Positions 38,287-47,569 of a DNA stretch of 64,000 bases are shown here, piece after piece (within the stretch, counting starts at the first letter, position 1; the number at the start of each line of letters is the position of its first letter). The stretch covers positions 2,418 to 66,417 of the forward strand of contig CAZXJV010000003.1 in the NCBI GenBank assembly GCA_964641135.1, given 5' to 3'. The DNA is from an uncultured Treponema sp. GTDB taxonomy: Bacteria > Spirochaetota > Spirochaetia > Treponematales > Treponemataceae. The notes beneath the pieces are model-generated. The model was not told the origin of the DNA, ran no database searches, and worked only from the letters and a program-made list of their open reading frames with translations. A program made the position numbers and the translations under genes.

Positions 38287-40082
38287 GAGTCCTGAAGGGT
38301 TTTTATCAGCGCCTCGCATTCTTCGCGGGGCATTGGTCTTCCGGTTAAAAAACCCTGTACTGTTTTGCAGTTAATCTGTTTTATTACGTCCATCTGTTCG
38401 TCTGTTTCTACACCCTCAGCGATGGTATCAAGGCCGAGTTTGTTCACAAGCGAAACGATGGCGTCGGTAATATCATACTCTATGCTTTTATCATGAGTTA
38501 TGTTGGCAATAAACGATTTGTCAATTTTCAGGGTAGTAAGCGGCAAATATTGAAGGTAGCTCAGACTTGAATACCCGGTTCCAAAATCGTCGAGTGAAAT
38601 TCCGACACCAAGATCCTTTATCTGCTGCAGTATTTTGATTGATTCATCAAAGTTTCGCAGCAGGGTTCCTTCTGTAATTTCTATCTCAAGCGTTTTTGGC
38701 TGGAGTTTTAACTCATGGATAACACCGCGCAGTTCGTCAACAAAGCCTGCATGCTGTATTTGCACCGGGGAAACATTTATGGACATAATTCCGGTAAAAT
38801 CCAGTCGTTCTTGCCAGTCCTTGAGGATCTCGCAGCAGGTGCGCAAAATCCAGTCGCCGAGCGGGATAATAAGACGGTTTTCTTCGGCAATGGGGATGAA
38901 TTTGTCAGGATTGACATAGCCGAGTTCCGGATCAAACCAGCGCAGCAGGGCTTCAAAGCCCCGCAAACGGCGTGAGTCCGAGTCATATTGGGGTTGAAAA
39001 AAGATCTGGAACTTCCGGTTTTCCAGAGCCAATATCATCCGTTTTTCCATGACAATACGTGAAAGGAGATCTTCCTGCATGACCGAGTGGAACAGGGAAA
39101 TGGTGTTTTTGCCCCGCCGTTTAGCGTCCGTCATGGCAATATCCGCGTATTTTAAAAGATCCTTGACGTTGTCGGCATCTTCGGGGAAGGTAGCAACGCC
39201 GGTAGAGACTGTTGTTTTAATCTCGGCGTTAAAGATCATAAAAGGTTCGCGCAGCATTTCCTGGATTGAGTTGACGATATGCAGAAGTTCTGCGTCGTGT
39301 TCATAGTTGCGGATCAGGATAAGGAACTCGTCTCCGCCAAAACGGCTTGCAAGCACGTCTGCATTTTCGTAAAAGCTGAGACGCTGTGCCATCTGCCGCA
39401 GGAGCTCATCTCCTGATTCATGGCCTTGTGAATCGTTCAGGGTTTTTAGATTGTCTATATCAAGAATGATCAGTGCAAGGTTGCCGGCATTACGTTTTGC
39501 CGCTTCCAGTTCTTCCAGAATGATCTCGTTAAACCGGGTTCTGTTGGGCAGTTTGGTAAGGCGGTCATAATAGGCCAGTTGTTCAAGATTATTGTTCAGG
39601 CTTTCTATTTTTTCAAGTTTTGCTTTCAGGTTGTTTTTTGATGAGGCCAGCTCTGCTGAAAGCGAGGATAAGCGCAGGTTTTGCTCTTTCAGGCGCAGTT
39701 CGTTTTGTTTGATACCCGTAACATCCGAAAAATGAATGCATATATGTCCGGAGGGCAGGGAAATAAAATGAATTTCCAGCCATTTATCCAGTTGATCGTA
39801 GTACAGGGTATGATGCTGTTCTTTACCGGTCATCAGCGCCAGGCGGGAAGACTCAAGCCAGGGTACGGAGGATCTGGCATAAATTGTTTCAGAAAGCAGG
39901 CGGTCGCGTATGGTATTTATGCGGGAGCCTACAATGGTCTCCCATGCGCCGTTTACGTAGTCAATATATAAATCAACCTCGCCCGTTGATTGTACCGGGC
40001 GGGGTGTGGCAACCAACACGACCTGTGGTAGACATTCAAGTATATTCAGATAAAACTGATCCAGGATCATGGTGGTTGCCAT
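38277..40082 (-). CDS. cytoplasmic PAS-GGDEF-EAL protein (c-di-GMP cyclase/phosphodiesterase)
   Basis: PAS-like N-terminus without a TM segment, followed by a coiled-coil linker. RFGGDEFLIL lacks an RxxD I-site. GFEALLRW and DDFGTGYSSL are EAL-domain motifs. Confidence 0.9.
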   Translation of the reverse strand: MATTMILDQFYLNILECLPQVVLVATPRPVQSTGEVDLYIDYVNGAWETIVGSRINTIRDRLLSETIYARSSVPWLESSRLALMTGKEQHHTLYYDQLDKWLEIHFISLPSGHICIHFSDVTGIKQNELRLKEQNLRLSSLSAELASSKNNLKAKLEKIESLNNNLEQLAYYDRLTKLPNRTRFNEIILEELEAAKRNAGNLALIILDIDNLKTLNDSQGHESGDELLRQMAQRLSFYENADVLASRFGGDEFLILIRNYEHDAELLHIVNSIQEMLREPFMIFNAEIKTTVSTGVATFPEDADNVKDLLKYADIAMTDAKRRGKNTISLFHSVMQEDLLSRIVMEKRMILALENRKFQIFFQPQYDSDSRRLRGFEALLRWFDPELGYVNPDKFIPIAEENRLIIPLGDWILRTCCEILKDWQERLDFTGIMSINVSPVQIQHAGFVDELRGVIHELKLQPKTLEIEITEGTLLRNFDESIKILQQIKDLGVGISLDDFGTGYSSLSYLQYLPLTTLKIDKSFIANITHDKSIEYDITDAIVSLVNKLGLDTIAEGVETDEQMDVIKQINCKTVQGFLTGRPMPREECEALIKTLQDSHQ

Positions 40083-40097
40083 TATACAGGAGCTACA

Positions 40098-41153
40098 TCA
40101 ATCTGTAAAACGAATTCTCTCCCACAGTGTATTGTACTTTTGAAGATCAGCACCCAGATCCTCTTTAAGCTCACAGTTTGCAAGATCTTCAACCTGATAC
40201 CAGGGCTCAACAGTCATAAGAGCTCCGGCCTCGGTGTGGATTGTTGCCGGGAAACCGAAGGTGTCAAGGAATTCGGCATAGTTTTCCGGACGCAGTATAA
40301 AGTCAATAAATTTGTGGGCCAGCTCGTAGTTGCGGTGTCCTTTGGGAATACACATACTGTCCAGGTACATCGGTCCGCCTTCTACAGGAATGAAGAAGTC
40401 GACAGTGTCCCGCTGGTCTTCCGGAATTTCTTCAAAAACAGACTCGGCATAGCCCTGAACCACCCAGAATTCACCGGCCGAGAAGGACTTTGCAAAGCCT
40501 TCTGCGTCAAATTTCACCAGATTAGGCTTCCATTCATTATTTACCAGATTGAAGGCTGCTTCCAGTTCGGCATCATCTGTGGAGTTTACAGAGTATCCCA
40601 GGTATGCAAGGGCATCACCCAGTACCTCGCGCATGTCATTGAGCATGGACATACGTCCTGCAAGATCCTTGCGGCTGAAGATGCTCCAGCTTTTTCCATA
40701 ATTTGACACACGGTTTTTGTTTACAGCTACACCGGCAGCTCCCATGAAATAGGGAACATGATATTTCATTTGTGTATCATAGGTTGCGCGAGCCAGAACG
40801 TCCGGCCGTACATACCTGGCATTGGGAATAAGCGACAGATCAATTTCTGCGAGCATGCCTTCTTTCATCATGATCGAGACGTAATCACCTGAAGGAATAA
40901 CGATATCGTATCCCTTGCCTCCGGCTCTCAGCTTGGCGAACATGTCTTCGTTAGAAGCGTAATCGTCATATACTACCCTGACACCATATTCCTTTTCAAA
41001 CTTTTCAATAACTGAATCGGGGGTATAGTAAGTCCAGTTATACAGGTACAGGGTTTTACCGTCGTTTCTTCGACAACCGGTAACCAGCAGGGTGGTGAGC
41101 ATCAATGCTCCCAGAACCATCAACACAGCGCTTGCACGAATTGTTTTCTTCAT
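40098..41153 (-). CDS. potD: spermidine/putrescine ABC transporter substrate-binding protein
   Basis: Lipoprotein-type signal with LVTGC. PotD/PotF-like sequence. Last gene of the potABCD cluster. Confidence 0.88.
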   Translation of the reverse strand: MKKTIRASAVLMVLGALMLTTLLVTGCRRNDGKTLYLYNWTYYTPDSVIEKFEKEYGVRVVYDDYASNEDMFAKLRAGGKGYDIVIPSGDYVSIMMKEGMLAEIDLSLIPNARYVRPDVLARATYDTQMKYHVPYFMGAAGVAVNKNRVSNYGKSWSIFSRKDLAGRMSMLNDMREVLGDALAYLGYSVNSTDDAELEAAFNLVNNEWKPNLVKFDAEGFAKSFSAGEFWVVQGYAESVFEEIPEDQRDTVDFFIPVEGGPMYLDSMCIPKGHRNYELAHKFIDFILRPENYAEFLDTFGFPATIHTEAGALMTVEPWYQVEDLANCELKEDLGADLQKYNTLWERIRFTD

Positions 41154-41219
41154 AACGCATGTGCCTCCTTTTTTTGGATCTATATGGAACGGTTTATGAC
41201 AACAGTATAAACCGCGCCG

Positions 41220-42107
41220 TTACTTTGATGCAGCGATGCTTTTAAGGAAGTTCCTGAGGAAGAAAGCAATAAGCATCGTACCCAGAATCATGACCAGTGA
41301 AAGAGCATTGATAACCGGCGACACTCCATATCGCACCATGGAGAACACATACAGGGGCAGGGTAGTTGAGCCGGGTCCTGCGACGAAAAATGTAATAACA
41401 AAGTCTTCGAGTGACAGTGTTGCCGACATCAAAAAACCGGAAATGATACCGGGCATGATGGCAGGAATGATAACCTTGAATAGAGTCTGTAGCTCTGTGG
41501 CTCCCAGATCATGTGCAGCTTCAATAATCGAATAATCAAACTCGTCAAGGCGCGCCAACACCATCAAAAAAACAAATGGCAGACAGAATGTGGTATGAGC
41601 AAGAAAAATGGTGAAAATACCCAGGGGAATGTTAATGGAAGCGAAGAAAATGAGCATCGAAATACCGATGATTACTTCGGGCAATACCATGGGAAGGAAA
41701 CTGATTGTCTGGATGTACACCCGGCCCTTAAAGCGGTACCAGTTGATTCCGATAGCGGCAAGGGTGCCGATTACCGTAGCTACCAGGGCTGATGAACCGG
41801 CAACAATAAGGCTGTTGTTAAAACTGGTCCACAGCTTCGGAGAGCTGGTAAAAAGATCAATATACCAGCGCAGGGAAAAACCGCTCCACATCAGCCCTTT
41901 AGAGCTGTTGAATGAGTACACAATGATGACCATAAGCGGCATGAAGAGAAACAAAACAGCAATGGCCATACAGGTATTCGAAAGCGAAAAGTGGCCTTTA
42001 TTCTGCAGAGCCCGTCTTGCATGGCGGGCGGGTTCGGATGTCGGCTTCTTTTTTGAGAAGCGGGAGACAAAGGAATGATACGAAACGGGATTTGAACCGG
42101 ATTTCAT
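41220..42107 (-). CDS. potC: spermidine/putrescine ABC transporter permease
   Basis: Six-TM binding-protein-dependent permease with the EAA-type loop IEAAHDLGAT. 4-nt overlap with potB. Confidence 0.88.
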   Translation of the reverse strand: MKSGSNPVSYHSFVSRFSKKKPTSEPARHARRALQNKGHFSLSNTCMAIAVLFLFMPLMVIIVYSFNSSKGLMWSGFSLRWYIDLFTSSPKLWTSFNNSLIVAGSSALVATVIGTLAAIGINWYRFKGRVYIQTISFLPMVLPEVIIGISMLIFFASINIPLGIFTIFLAHTTFCLPFVFLMVLARLDEFDYSIIEAAHDLGATELQTLFKVIIPAIMPGIISGFLMSATLSLEDFVITFFVAGPGSTTLPLYVFSMVRYGVSPVINALSLVMILGTMLIAFFLRNFLKSIAASK

Positions 42108-42991
42108 TGCGTTGCCTCTTTATCTACAACAGCCTTCAGCCTGGCTGCTTCACGGGCGTTTGATCCCATCATCCACAGTACCCCGACGGTGCTCACAACT
42201 GTTATAACCATCGCAAACGCTGACGCCAGGGGCCAATTACGCATTGTCATTGTCTGGTCAACGATAATATTTCCAAGCATGTATGAGTTTCTGCCTCCGA
42301 CCAGCAGCGGTACAGTATAGGCGCCGAAAATTGGTATAAACGTAAAAATGATTGCGGTGACAATTCCAGCTTTAACATTGGGCAACAGAACTTTGAACAT
42401 GGAGGCACTTTTGGTCGCTCCCAGGTCGCGGGCTGCTTCGAGCAAAGAGAAATCGAATTTATCCATCGCGGTAAAAACGGGCAGAATTGCATAGGGAAGA
42501 TACATATACACCAGTACAATAGTGACTGCAGTTTGATTATACATCAGTGCAAGCGGTGTTTTGATAAGTCCAATATTCAATAAAAGCTGGTTTATGAAGC
42601 CTTCATTTCCCAGAATCGCGATCCAGGCGTTAATGCGTATCAGGGAATTTGTCCAGAAGGGAATAATGATCAAAAAAAGCAGGATGGACTGGAACCGGCT
42701 TCGTGCCATGGCGTAGCCGCAGGGCAGTGCGACGACAATCGAGATTACTGTTGACAGAAAACTGATCCAGATAGTTCTGAGAAAAATCTTTCCGTAACTG
42801 GGGTTAAACATCTGGCGGTAGGCATCAAGCGAAAACTGCCATTCCACACCGCCGTAAAGACCCTTTTTCAGGAAACTGTAGAGGATGATAATTGAAAGCG
42901 GTACCACAAAGAATGCGGTAAACCAGGCACCCATCGGCAAACTGTACAGAATACCCTTGTACCCCTGAGAAGAGATCTTTGGGTGGCTCAT
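42104..42991 (-). CDS. potB: spermidine/putrescine ABC transporter permease
   Basis: Permease with the loop LEAARDLGATK. 4-nt overlaps with both potA and potC. Confidence 0.88.
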   Translation of the reverse strand: MSHPKISSQGYKGILYSLPMGAWFTAFFVVPLSIIILYSFLKKGLYGGVEWQFSLDAYRQMFNPSYGKIFLRTIWISFLSTVISIVVALPCGYAMARSRFQSILLFLIIIPFWTNSLIRINAWIAILGNEGFINQLLLNIGLIKTPLALMYNQTAVTIVLVYMYLPYAILPVFTAMDKFDFSLLEAARDLGATKSASMFKVLLPNVKAGIVTAIIFTFIPIFGAYTVPLLVGGRNSYMLGNIIVDQTMTMRNWPLASAFAMVITVVSTVGVLWMMGSNAREAARLKAVVDKEATQ

Positions 42992-44115
42992 TGATTTATG
43001 ACCTCTACTATGTAGCCGTCATTGGCGCTCCAGGATACATAGACCGTATCTTTCCAGGTGATTTCGGGGCCGTCTTCAAGGTAATTCTGGTGTTGTTTGA
43101 ATACCTTCATCACGGTACCGTTTTCAAGCTGTACGTAGAATTTTGACTGGAAGCCGGAATACACAGGTTCTTCAACAAAACCCTTGAAAACGTTGAGCTC
43201 CTTGCCTGTTGTATGCGGTTCCTCCAGGGAAATTCTCACCTTTTCGGGGCGGACAGTGAAGCTCACCTGCTGGCCGTTGCTGGTTTTATCATAGTCGGTA
43301 ACCTTGATCTGTTTGCCGAGTTCCGGTACGTCAAGTGTTACCATAAATTCGTTATCCTTCCAGGGGCTGCATTCAATAACCCGGGAATCAAAGATATTGG
43401 TCTCGCCGATGAATTGAGCCACAAATTCTGTCGCAGGACTTTCGTAGATTTCAAAGGGAGTGCCTATCTGCAGAACCTTCCCCTGATTCATGACCGCAAT
43501 ACGGTCGGAAACAGAAAGCGCTTCGCTCTGGTCGTGGGTTACATATATAAAGGTAATACCGATCTGGTCATGGATGTTATCCAGTTCAACAAGCAGATTC
43601 TGTCTCAGCTTTGCATCCAGGGCAGACAGCGGTTCGTCGAGCAAGAGCACACTCGGTTCATTGATAAGGGCCCTGGCGATGGCAACACGCTGCTTTTGCC
43701 CGCCCGAAAGCTGGTTAGGCTTTTTATGGACATGGGCATCAAGCTGAACAAGATGTAGATACTCTCGAACCCTGCGGTCGATCTCGGAGGCAGGCCGTTT
43801 GCGAAGACGCATGGGAAATGCCACGTTTTCGTATACCGAAAGATGGGGGAAAAGGGCATAGTTCTGGAATACCGTGTTGGACTGGCGTTTGTTCGGGTCA
43901 ATGCCTATAACATTGCGCTCATCAAACAAAACAGCGCCATCATCAGGGCTTTCAAAACCGGCTATGATGCGCAACAGGGTGGTTTTGCCGCATCCGGACG
44001 GCCCGAGCAGCGAAAAAAACTCGCCTTTTTCAATCTTGATGGTTGCATCATCAAGTGCGTGAAAAGTCCCGAAGGACTTAGACACATGTTCGATCGAAAC
44101 GTCACAGCCTTTCAA
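42988..44115 (-). CDS. potA: spermidine/putrescine ABC transporter ATP-binding protein
   Basis: Walker A GPSGCGKTT, signature LSGGQKQR and Walker B LLLDEP, plus a C-terminal TOBE-like domain. Apparent TTG start with AAGGAAA upstream. Confidence 0.9.
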   Translation of the reverse strand: MKGCDVSIEHVSKSFGTFHALDDATIKIEKGEFFSLLGPSGCGKTTLLRIIAGFESPDDGAVLFDERNVIGIDPNKRQSNTVFQNYALFPHLSVYENVAFPMRLRKRPASEIDRRVREYLHLVQLDAHVHKKPNQLSGGQKQRVAIARALINEPSVLLLDEPLSALDAKLRQNLLVELDNIHDQIGITFIYVTHDQSEALSVSDRIAVMNQGKVLQIGTPFEIYESPATEFVAQFIGETNIFDSRVIECSPWKDNEFMVTLDVPELGKQIKVTDYDKTSNGQQVSFTVRPEKVRISLEEPHTTGKELNVFKGFVEEPVYSGFQSKFYVQLENGTVMKVFKQHQNYLEDGPEITWKDTVYVSWSANDGYIVEVINQ

Positions 44116-44200
44116 TCTGTTTCCTTACCCTCCCTGGAGAGGTTATTATGAGATCAGGAAAGGTAATCCTTCCATCGTCGAATGTGTTGAATTTAGCGGA

Positions 44201-45070
44201 TTATGTCAAGTAATGCGAGCCGGCCTTTTCAAGAAGGGCCAGTTCGGAACGGGTAAGGCTGTTCGGGCGCCCTCCGGCTGCAAATGCGGCATATTCTGCA
44301 AGTTTTAATTCATGAAGCGGTTGTACGCATACAGAAATAATATCCTGAAATTCCCACAGGTACCTGAGTGCCCATTCAGAGGCGATGCGGGGTATGGGTG
44401 ATGCAGAAAAAACAGAACGTACGGCAGGCAGGGGATATTCCAGAATACCACCTGAAAAGGGATCAATCGCGATACCACCAAGACCGGCCCGCCCTGCTTC
44501 GATAATCAGGTTTGTATCTCCGGTGTTTGCATAGTTGCCTGTCCAGCCGAAGAAAGACCACATTCCTGTTCTTTCAAGCATGCTGCGGAACAGACCAGCG
44601 GCTGTTGCGCCGTGCGTACAGAACCCTGCGGCGATGTGTTCAAAACCGCTCATGCGGGTAAGGCCTTGCATCTGCGGACTGCGTGTCAATTGTAATGTTT
44701 CGGTATCATCGATATGAAACAGAAAAAGAACTGCTCCCTGCCAGCCAAGTTTCTGCAAGTCCGAGCGGGCATCAACTGCGGCTTGTTCGATTTCATCTGC
44801 TGTGCGTAAGGGGGTAGATATATCCCATAAAAGGTTCTTTCCTGATGATCCTTCCGGGATTGTGCTGAACGCCTGCTTGAGTTCCGAGAGGCAGGATTGT
44901 CTTTTTTCAGACGAATCAGTATTGCGTGCGGTACCTCTTGTAAGGCGGAACAGATTGATTCCCTGGCTTGCAAGCACGGGAAGCAGCGTGCAGACTTGAG
45001 GATCATGAATATCGCTGCACAGAATCGATATTTCGGTATTGGATGATTCGGGAAAACGACGGTATAACAT
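44201..45070 (-). CDS. hypothetical protein, possibly a degenerate aldo/keto-reductase-like TIM-barrel
   Basis: MLYRRF...EISIL and QGINLFRLT loosely echo the AKR N-terminal pattern (M.YR.LG...VS.LG and GIN.FDTA). The catalytic Asp and Tyr positions are not conserved. This is a weak call. Confidence 0.35.
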   Translation of the reverse strand: MLYRRFPESSNTEISILCSDIHDPQVCTLLPVLASQGINLFRLTRGTARNTDSSEKRQSCLSELKQAFSTIPEGSSGKNLLWDISTPLRTADEIEQAAVDARSDLQKLGWQGAVLFLFHIDDTETLQLTRSPQMQGLTRMSGFEHIAAGFCTHGATAAGLFRSMLERTGMWSFFGWTGNYANTGDTNLIIEAGRAGLGGIAIDPFSGGILEYPLPAVRSVFSASPIPRIASEWALRYLWEFQDIISVCVQPLHELKLAEYAAFAAGGRPNSLTRSELALLEKAGSHYLT

Positions 45071-45105
45071 AGATGTCTCTTATTCTACATGAAAAATCAG
45101 GGATG

Positions 45106-45432
45106 TTACAGCAGAATATGTGACACTATCATAAAAAATGCTGTGCCTGTAAAAATGGACAGCATGGCGTTTTTTTTCCACAGGTGCAGAACGACCACCA
45201 GGGCAGCTGCAGCAAGATTGGCGGCCAGGTTCTTGGGAGATGACAGAGGAACATCCTTGAAACAGTAGACAACAAGGACAGCCATGATCATCGGCGGAAT
45301 AAACCGCTCAATGAACTGCAGCAGTTTTGGCGGGTTATGTCTGGAAAAAAGAATGAAAGGCACTGCCCGTGTTGCCAGAATGATCAGTGCAAGCACAGGC
45401 AAGGCTTTTAAAACATCAAGTGTTGAAAGCAT
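45106..45432 (-). CDS. azlD: branched-chain amino acid exporter small subunit (AzlD family)
   Basis: 108-aa protein of four hydrophobic helices. Overlaps and follows azlC. Confidence 0.8.
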   Translation of the reverse strand: MLSTLDVLKALPVLALIILATRAVPFILFSRHNPPKLLQFIERFIPPMIMAVLVVYCFKDVPLSSPKNLAANLAAAALVVVLHLWKKNAMLSIFTGTAFFMIVSHILL

Positions 45433-46150
45433 GTTTTCCCCGTATAAGTGTCAGTACGCATAAGGCGGCCGCCAGCGCCGCAATCAGCATCCGGGATGGA
45501 CCGAGCAGTAAAAGTGCGCCTGCGGAGCAGATGCCTCCTATAATTGCGGGTACCGGATCCCGGCTGCGTCGTAATTGATCAATCAGCAACACAATAAACA
45601 GGGCTGTTAATGCAAAATCGAGGCCTGCAAGGGTAAAAGGCAGCAGTTCACCGATCAAGGCGCCAATCAGTGACCCTGTTACCCAGTAACTGTGATTCAA
45701 TAAGGCTATAGCTCCATAAAATGAGCCCGGAGGAAGATTTTCCGGAGGATTGACACCTGTTAATAGAGCATAGGTCTCATCAGTCAGGGAAAAAATCAGG
45801 TAGGGTTTCCATTTTCCGGCAGTACGGAACGGTGTCAGTAAGGACAATCCGTATACGATATGGCGGATATTTACAAGGAGTATGGTTGCCGCCAGTACCG
45901 GAAGGGTTGCCCCTGCGGCAAATAAACCGATTGAGATATACTGACCTGCTCCGGCATACATTAACAGGCTCATAAGCGGCGCCAGAAACCAGGGATACCC
46001 GTTCTGAGTCAGCAGCAGGCCGAACGGAATACCGATGGCAAGATAGCCGGACAGAACAGGTAGTGTGACCGGAAAGGCCCGAAACAGGGCTTGTTTGAAA
46101 GAAGCGTTCGGCATACGGGCAGTATAGCCAGTTTCGTTTTTGTTGACCAT
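45416..46150 (-). CDS. azlC: branched-chain amino acid exporter large subunit (AzlC family)
   Basis: AFPVTLPVLSGYLAIGIPFGLL and YAGAGQYI are typical AzlC N-terminal motifs. Confidence 0.85.
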   Translation of the reverse strand: MVNKNETGYTARMPNASFKQALFRAFPVTLPVLSGYLAIGIPFGLLLTQNGYPWFLAPLMSLLMYAGAGQYISIGLFAAGATLPVLAATILLVNIRHIVYGLSLLTPFRTAGKWKPYLIFSLTDETYALLTGVNPPENLPPGSFYGAIALLNHSYWVTGSLIGALIGELLPFTLAGLDFALTALFIVLLIDQLRRSRDPVPAIIGGICSAGALLLLGPSRMLIAALAAALCVLTLIRGKHAFNT

Positions 46151-46244
46151 AGCCTGCTTTTATGCAACAATACGGTAGTCTGAGTGCTGACAATCTTGTT
46201 CCTTTCCGTAAACTGTCAGACTCTTTCTTCAGGAGGATTACGAT

Positions 46245-46493
46245 ATGGTTGCATTGATCGCAGGTTTTCTGATGATTGCGTTTACGGTCTTTGCGGCATT
46301 GCCGCCCGCCGTTGCCGGTTTCGGTCTTGGCTGGGGCACCGATATCCTGCTGTTTTTACGCGGAGCTGCCCCGGTAGTATCTGCTTTTATCGGCTTGATT
46401 GCAGTGTTTATTGGTATTGCTGATCTAAAAGACAAGGCAGAGGCCCGGAAGGAAGAAGCTGCTGCCCGTTCGGAAAGCGCAAAAACCGAGTAA
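46245..46493 (+). CDS. small membrane protein (82 aa), unknown function
   Basis: AGGAGG lies 8 nt upstream of the ATG. Two hydrophobic helices are followed by a charged tail (KDKAEARKEEAAARSESAKTE). Confidence 0.6.
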   Translation: MVALIAGFLMIAFTVFAALPPAVAGFGLGWGTDILLFLRGAAPVVSAFIGLIAVFIGIADLKDKAEARKEEAAARSESAKTE

Positions 46494-46567
46494 AATAAAG
46501 GTCGAAGTATAAGGCAGACTTTATTGTCTGTTCTCGCTGTTACAAAGGGTCGGGAACTTCCTGACCC

Positions 46568-46596
46568 TTGACACAATTTATCTTGTCGATTACATT
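46568..46596 (+). promoter_or_regulatory. sigma-70-type promoter for rplM-rpsI
   Basis: TTGACA (46568-46573), 17-nt spacer, TACATT (46591-46596). Located about 50 nt upstream of rplM. Confidence 0.5.
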
Positions 46597-46648
46597 GTGA
46601 TTCCCACATTATCTGCGGTAAACAGATTTCTATTGTTAAGGTATGTAC

Positions 46649-47077
46649 ATGAAGACAATTTTTGTTAAAGAACATGAGGCTGCGCGTTCCTGGTTTGTCA
46701 TTGACGCAGCCGGAAAGTCCCTCGGACGTGTTGCCGCAAAAGCCGCTTATATGCTGCGCGGTAAACACAAGGTGTCCTACGCACCTCACCAGGAAATGGG
46801 CGATTATATCGTCATCGTAAATGCGGACAAGGTTGCCGTAACAGGCAATAAGGCCGAGGACAAGATGTATCATCATCACACCGGGTTTCCCGGCGGTTTG
46901 CGTTCGGTTAACTTTGACAAGCTTATCAAACGGCATCCTGCTGATCCGGTGACTCTGGCCATCAAGGGTATGTTGCCCAAGGGTCCCCTTGGTCGCAAGC
47001 TGCTTGGTAACGTGAAGGTATATGCCGGTTCCGACCACCCTCACGCCGCCCAGAATCCGACTGCTGTCGAAGTGTAA
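46649..47077 (+). CDS. rplM: 50S ribosomal protein L13
   Basis: MKTIFVKEHEAARSWFVIDAAGKSLGRVA is a typical L13 sequence. The ATG at 46649 has better RBS spacing than the one at 46643. Confidence 0.95.
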   Translation: MKTIFVKEHEAARSWFVIDAAGKSLGRVAAKAAYMLRGKHKVSYAPHQEMGDYIVIVNADKVAVTGNKAEDKMYHHHTGFPGGLRSVNFDKLIKRHPADPVTLAIKGMLPKGPLGRKLLGNVKVYAGSDHPHAAQNPTAVEV

Positions 47078-47092
47078 CGAGGAGTACCAAAG

Positions 47093-47485
47093 GTGATCAA
47101 AAATATCGGTATTGGAACAGGAAGAAGGAAAACCTCCGTAGCCCGTGTATTTATACGTGAAGGAAACGGAAAGCTGGTGATCAATGACAAAGATGCTGAC
47201 AGCTACTTTGCAACCTCCGAGCAGGTTCAGGTTGTTCGCCAGCCTTTGATGATAACCGCAAGTGATACCAAGTTTGACATTGTCATTACTGTAAATGGCG
47301 GTGGTTTGAATGGTCAGGCCGGTGCCTGCAGTCATGGTATCGCACGTGCTCTTGCCCAGGTGGATGTAGCCAACCACTCTTCCCTGAAGGCAAACGGACT
47401 TTTGACCCGCGATTCACGCATGGTCGAACGCAAAAAGTACGGACAGCGTGGTGCACGCCGCAGATTCCAGTTCAGCAAGCGTTAA
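47093..47485 (+). CDS. rpsI: 30S ribosomal protein S9
   Basis: GTG start with GAGGAG upstream. The C-terminal KKYGQRGARRRFQFSKR is a hallmark of S9. Confidence 0.95.
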   Translation: MIKNIGIGTGRRKTSVARVFIREGNGKLVINDKDADSYFATSEQVQVVRQPLMITASDTKFDIVITVNGGGLNGQAGACSHGIARALAQVDVANHSSLKANGLLTRDSRMVERKKYGQRGARRRFQFSKR

Positions 47486-47513
47486 TTCGCTCTGTACGGT
47501 TCAGTCTGTAGAG

Positions 47514-47569
47514 AGGGCCTCGGAAGGTATCATGAAGATACGTCTTTCCGGAGGCCCTTCTTTTTTTTT
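47514..47569 (+). terminator. intrinsic terminator after rpsI that encloses the recX start codon
   Basis: AGGGCCTCGGAAGG (47514-47527) pairs with CTTTCCGGAGGCCCT (47544-47558) with one bulged nucleotide. A TC and then nine T follow (47561-69). The 16-nt loop contains the ATG at 47532. Confidence 0.75.

Noticed and set aside
46238-47377. 379-aa ORF on the minus strand spanning the small membrane protein, rplM and rpsI
   Set aside because: It is entirely antisense to two unmistakable ribosomal protein genes. Its composition is odd and it has no motif or RBS. It is an antisense shadow ORF.
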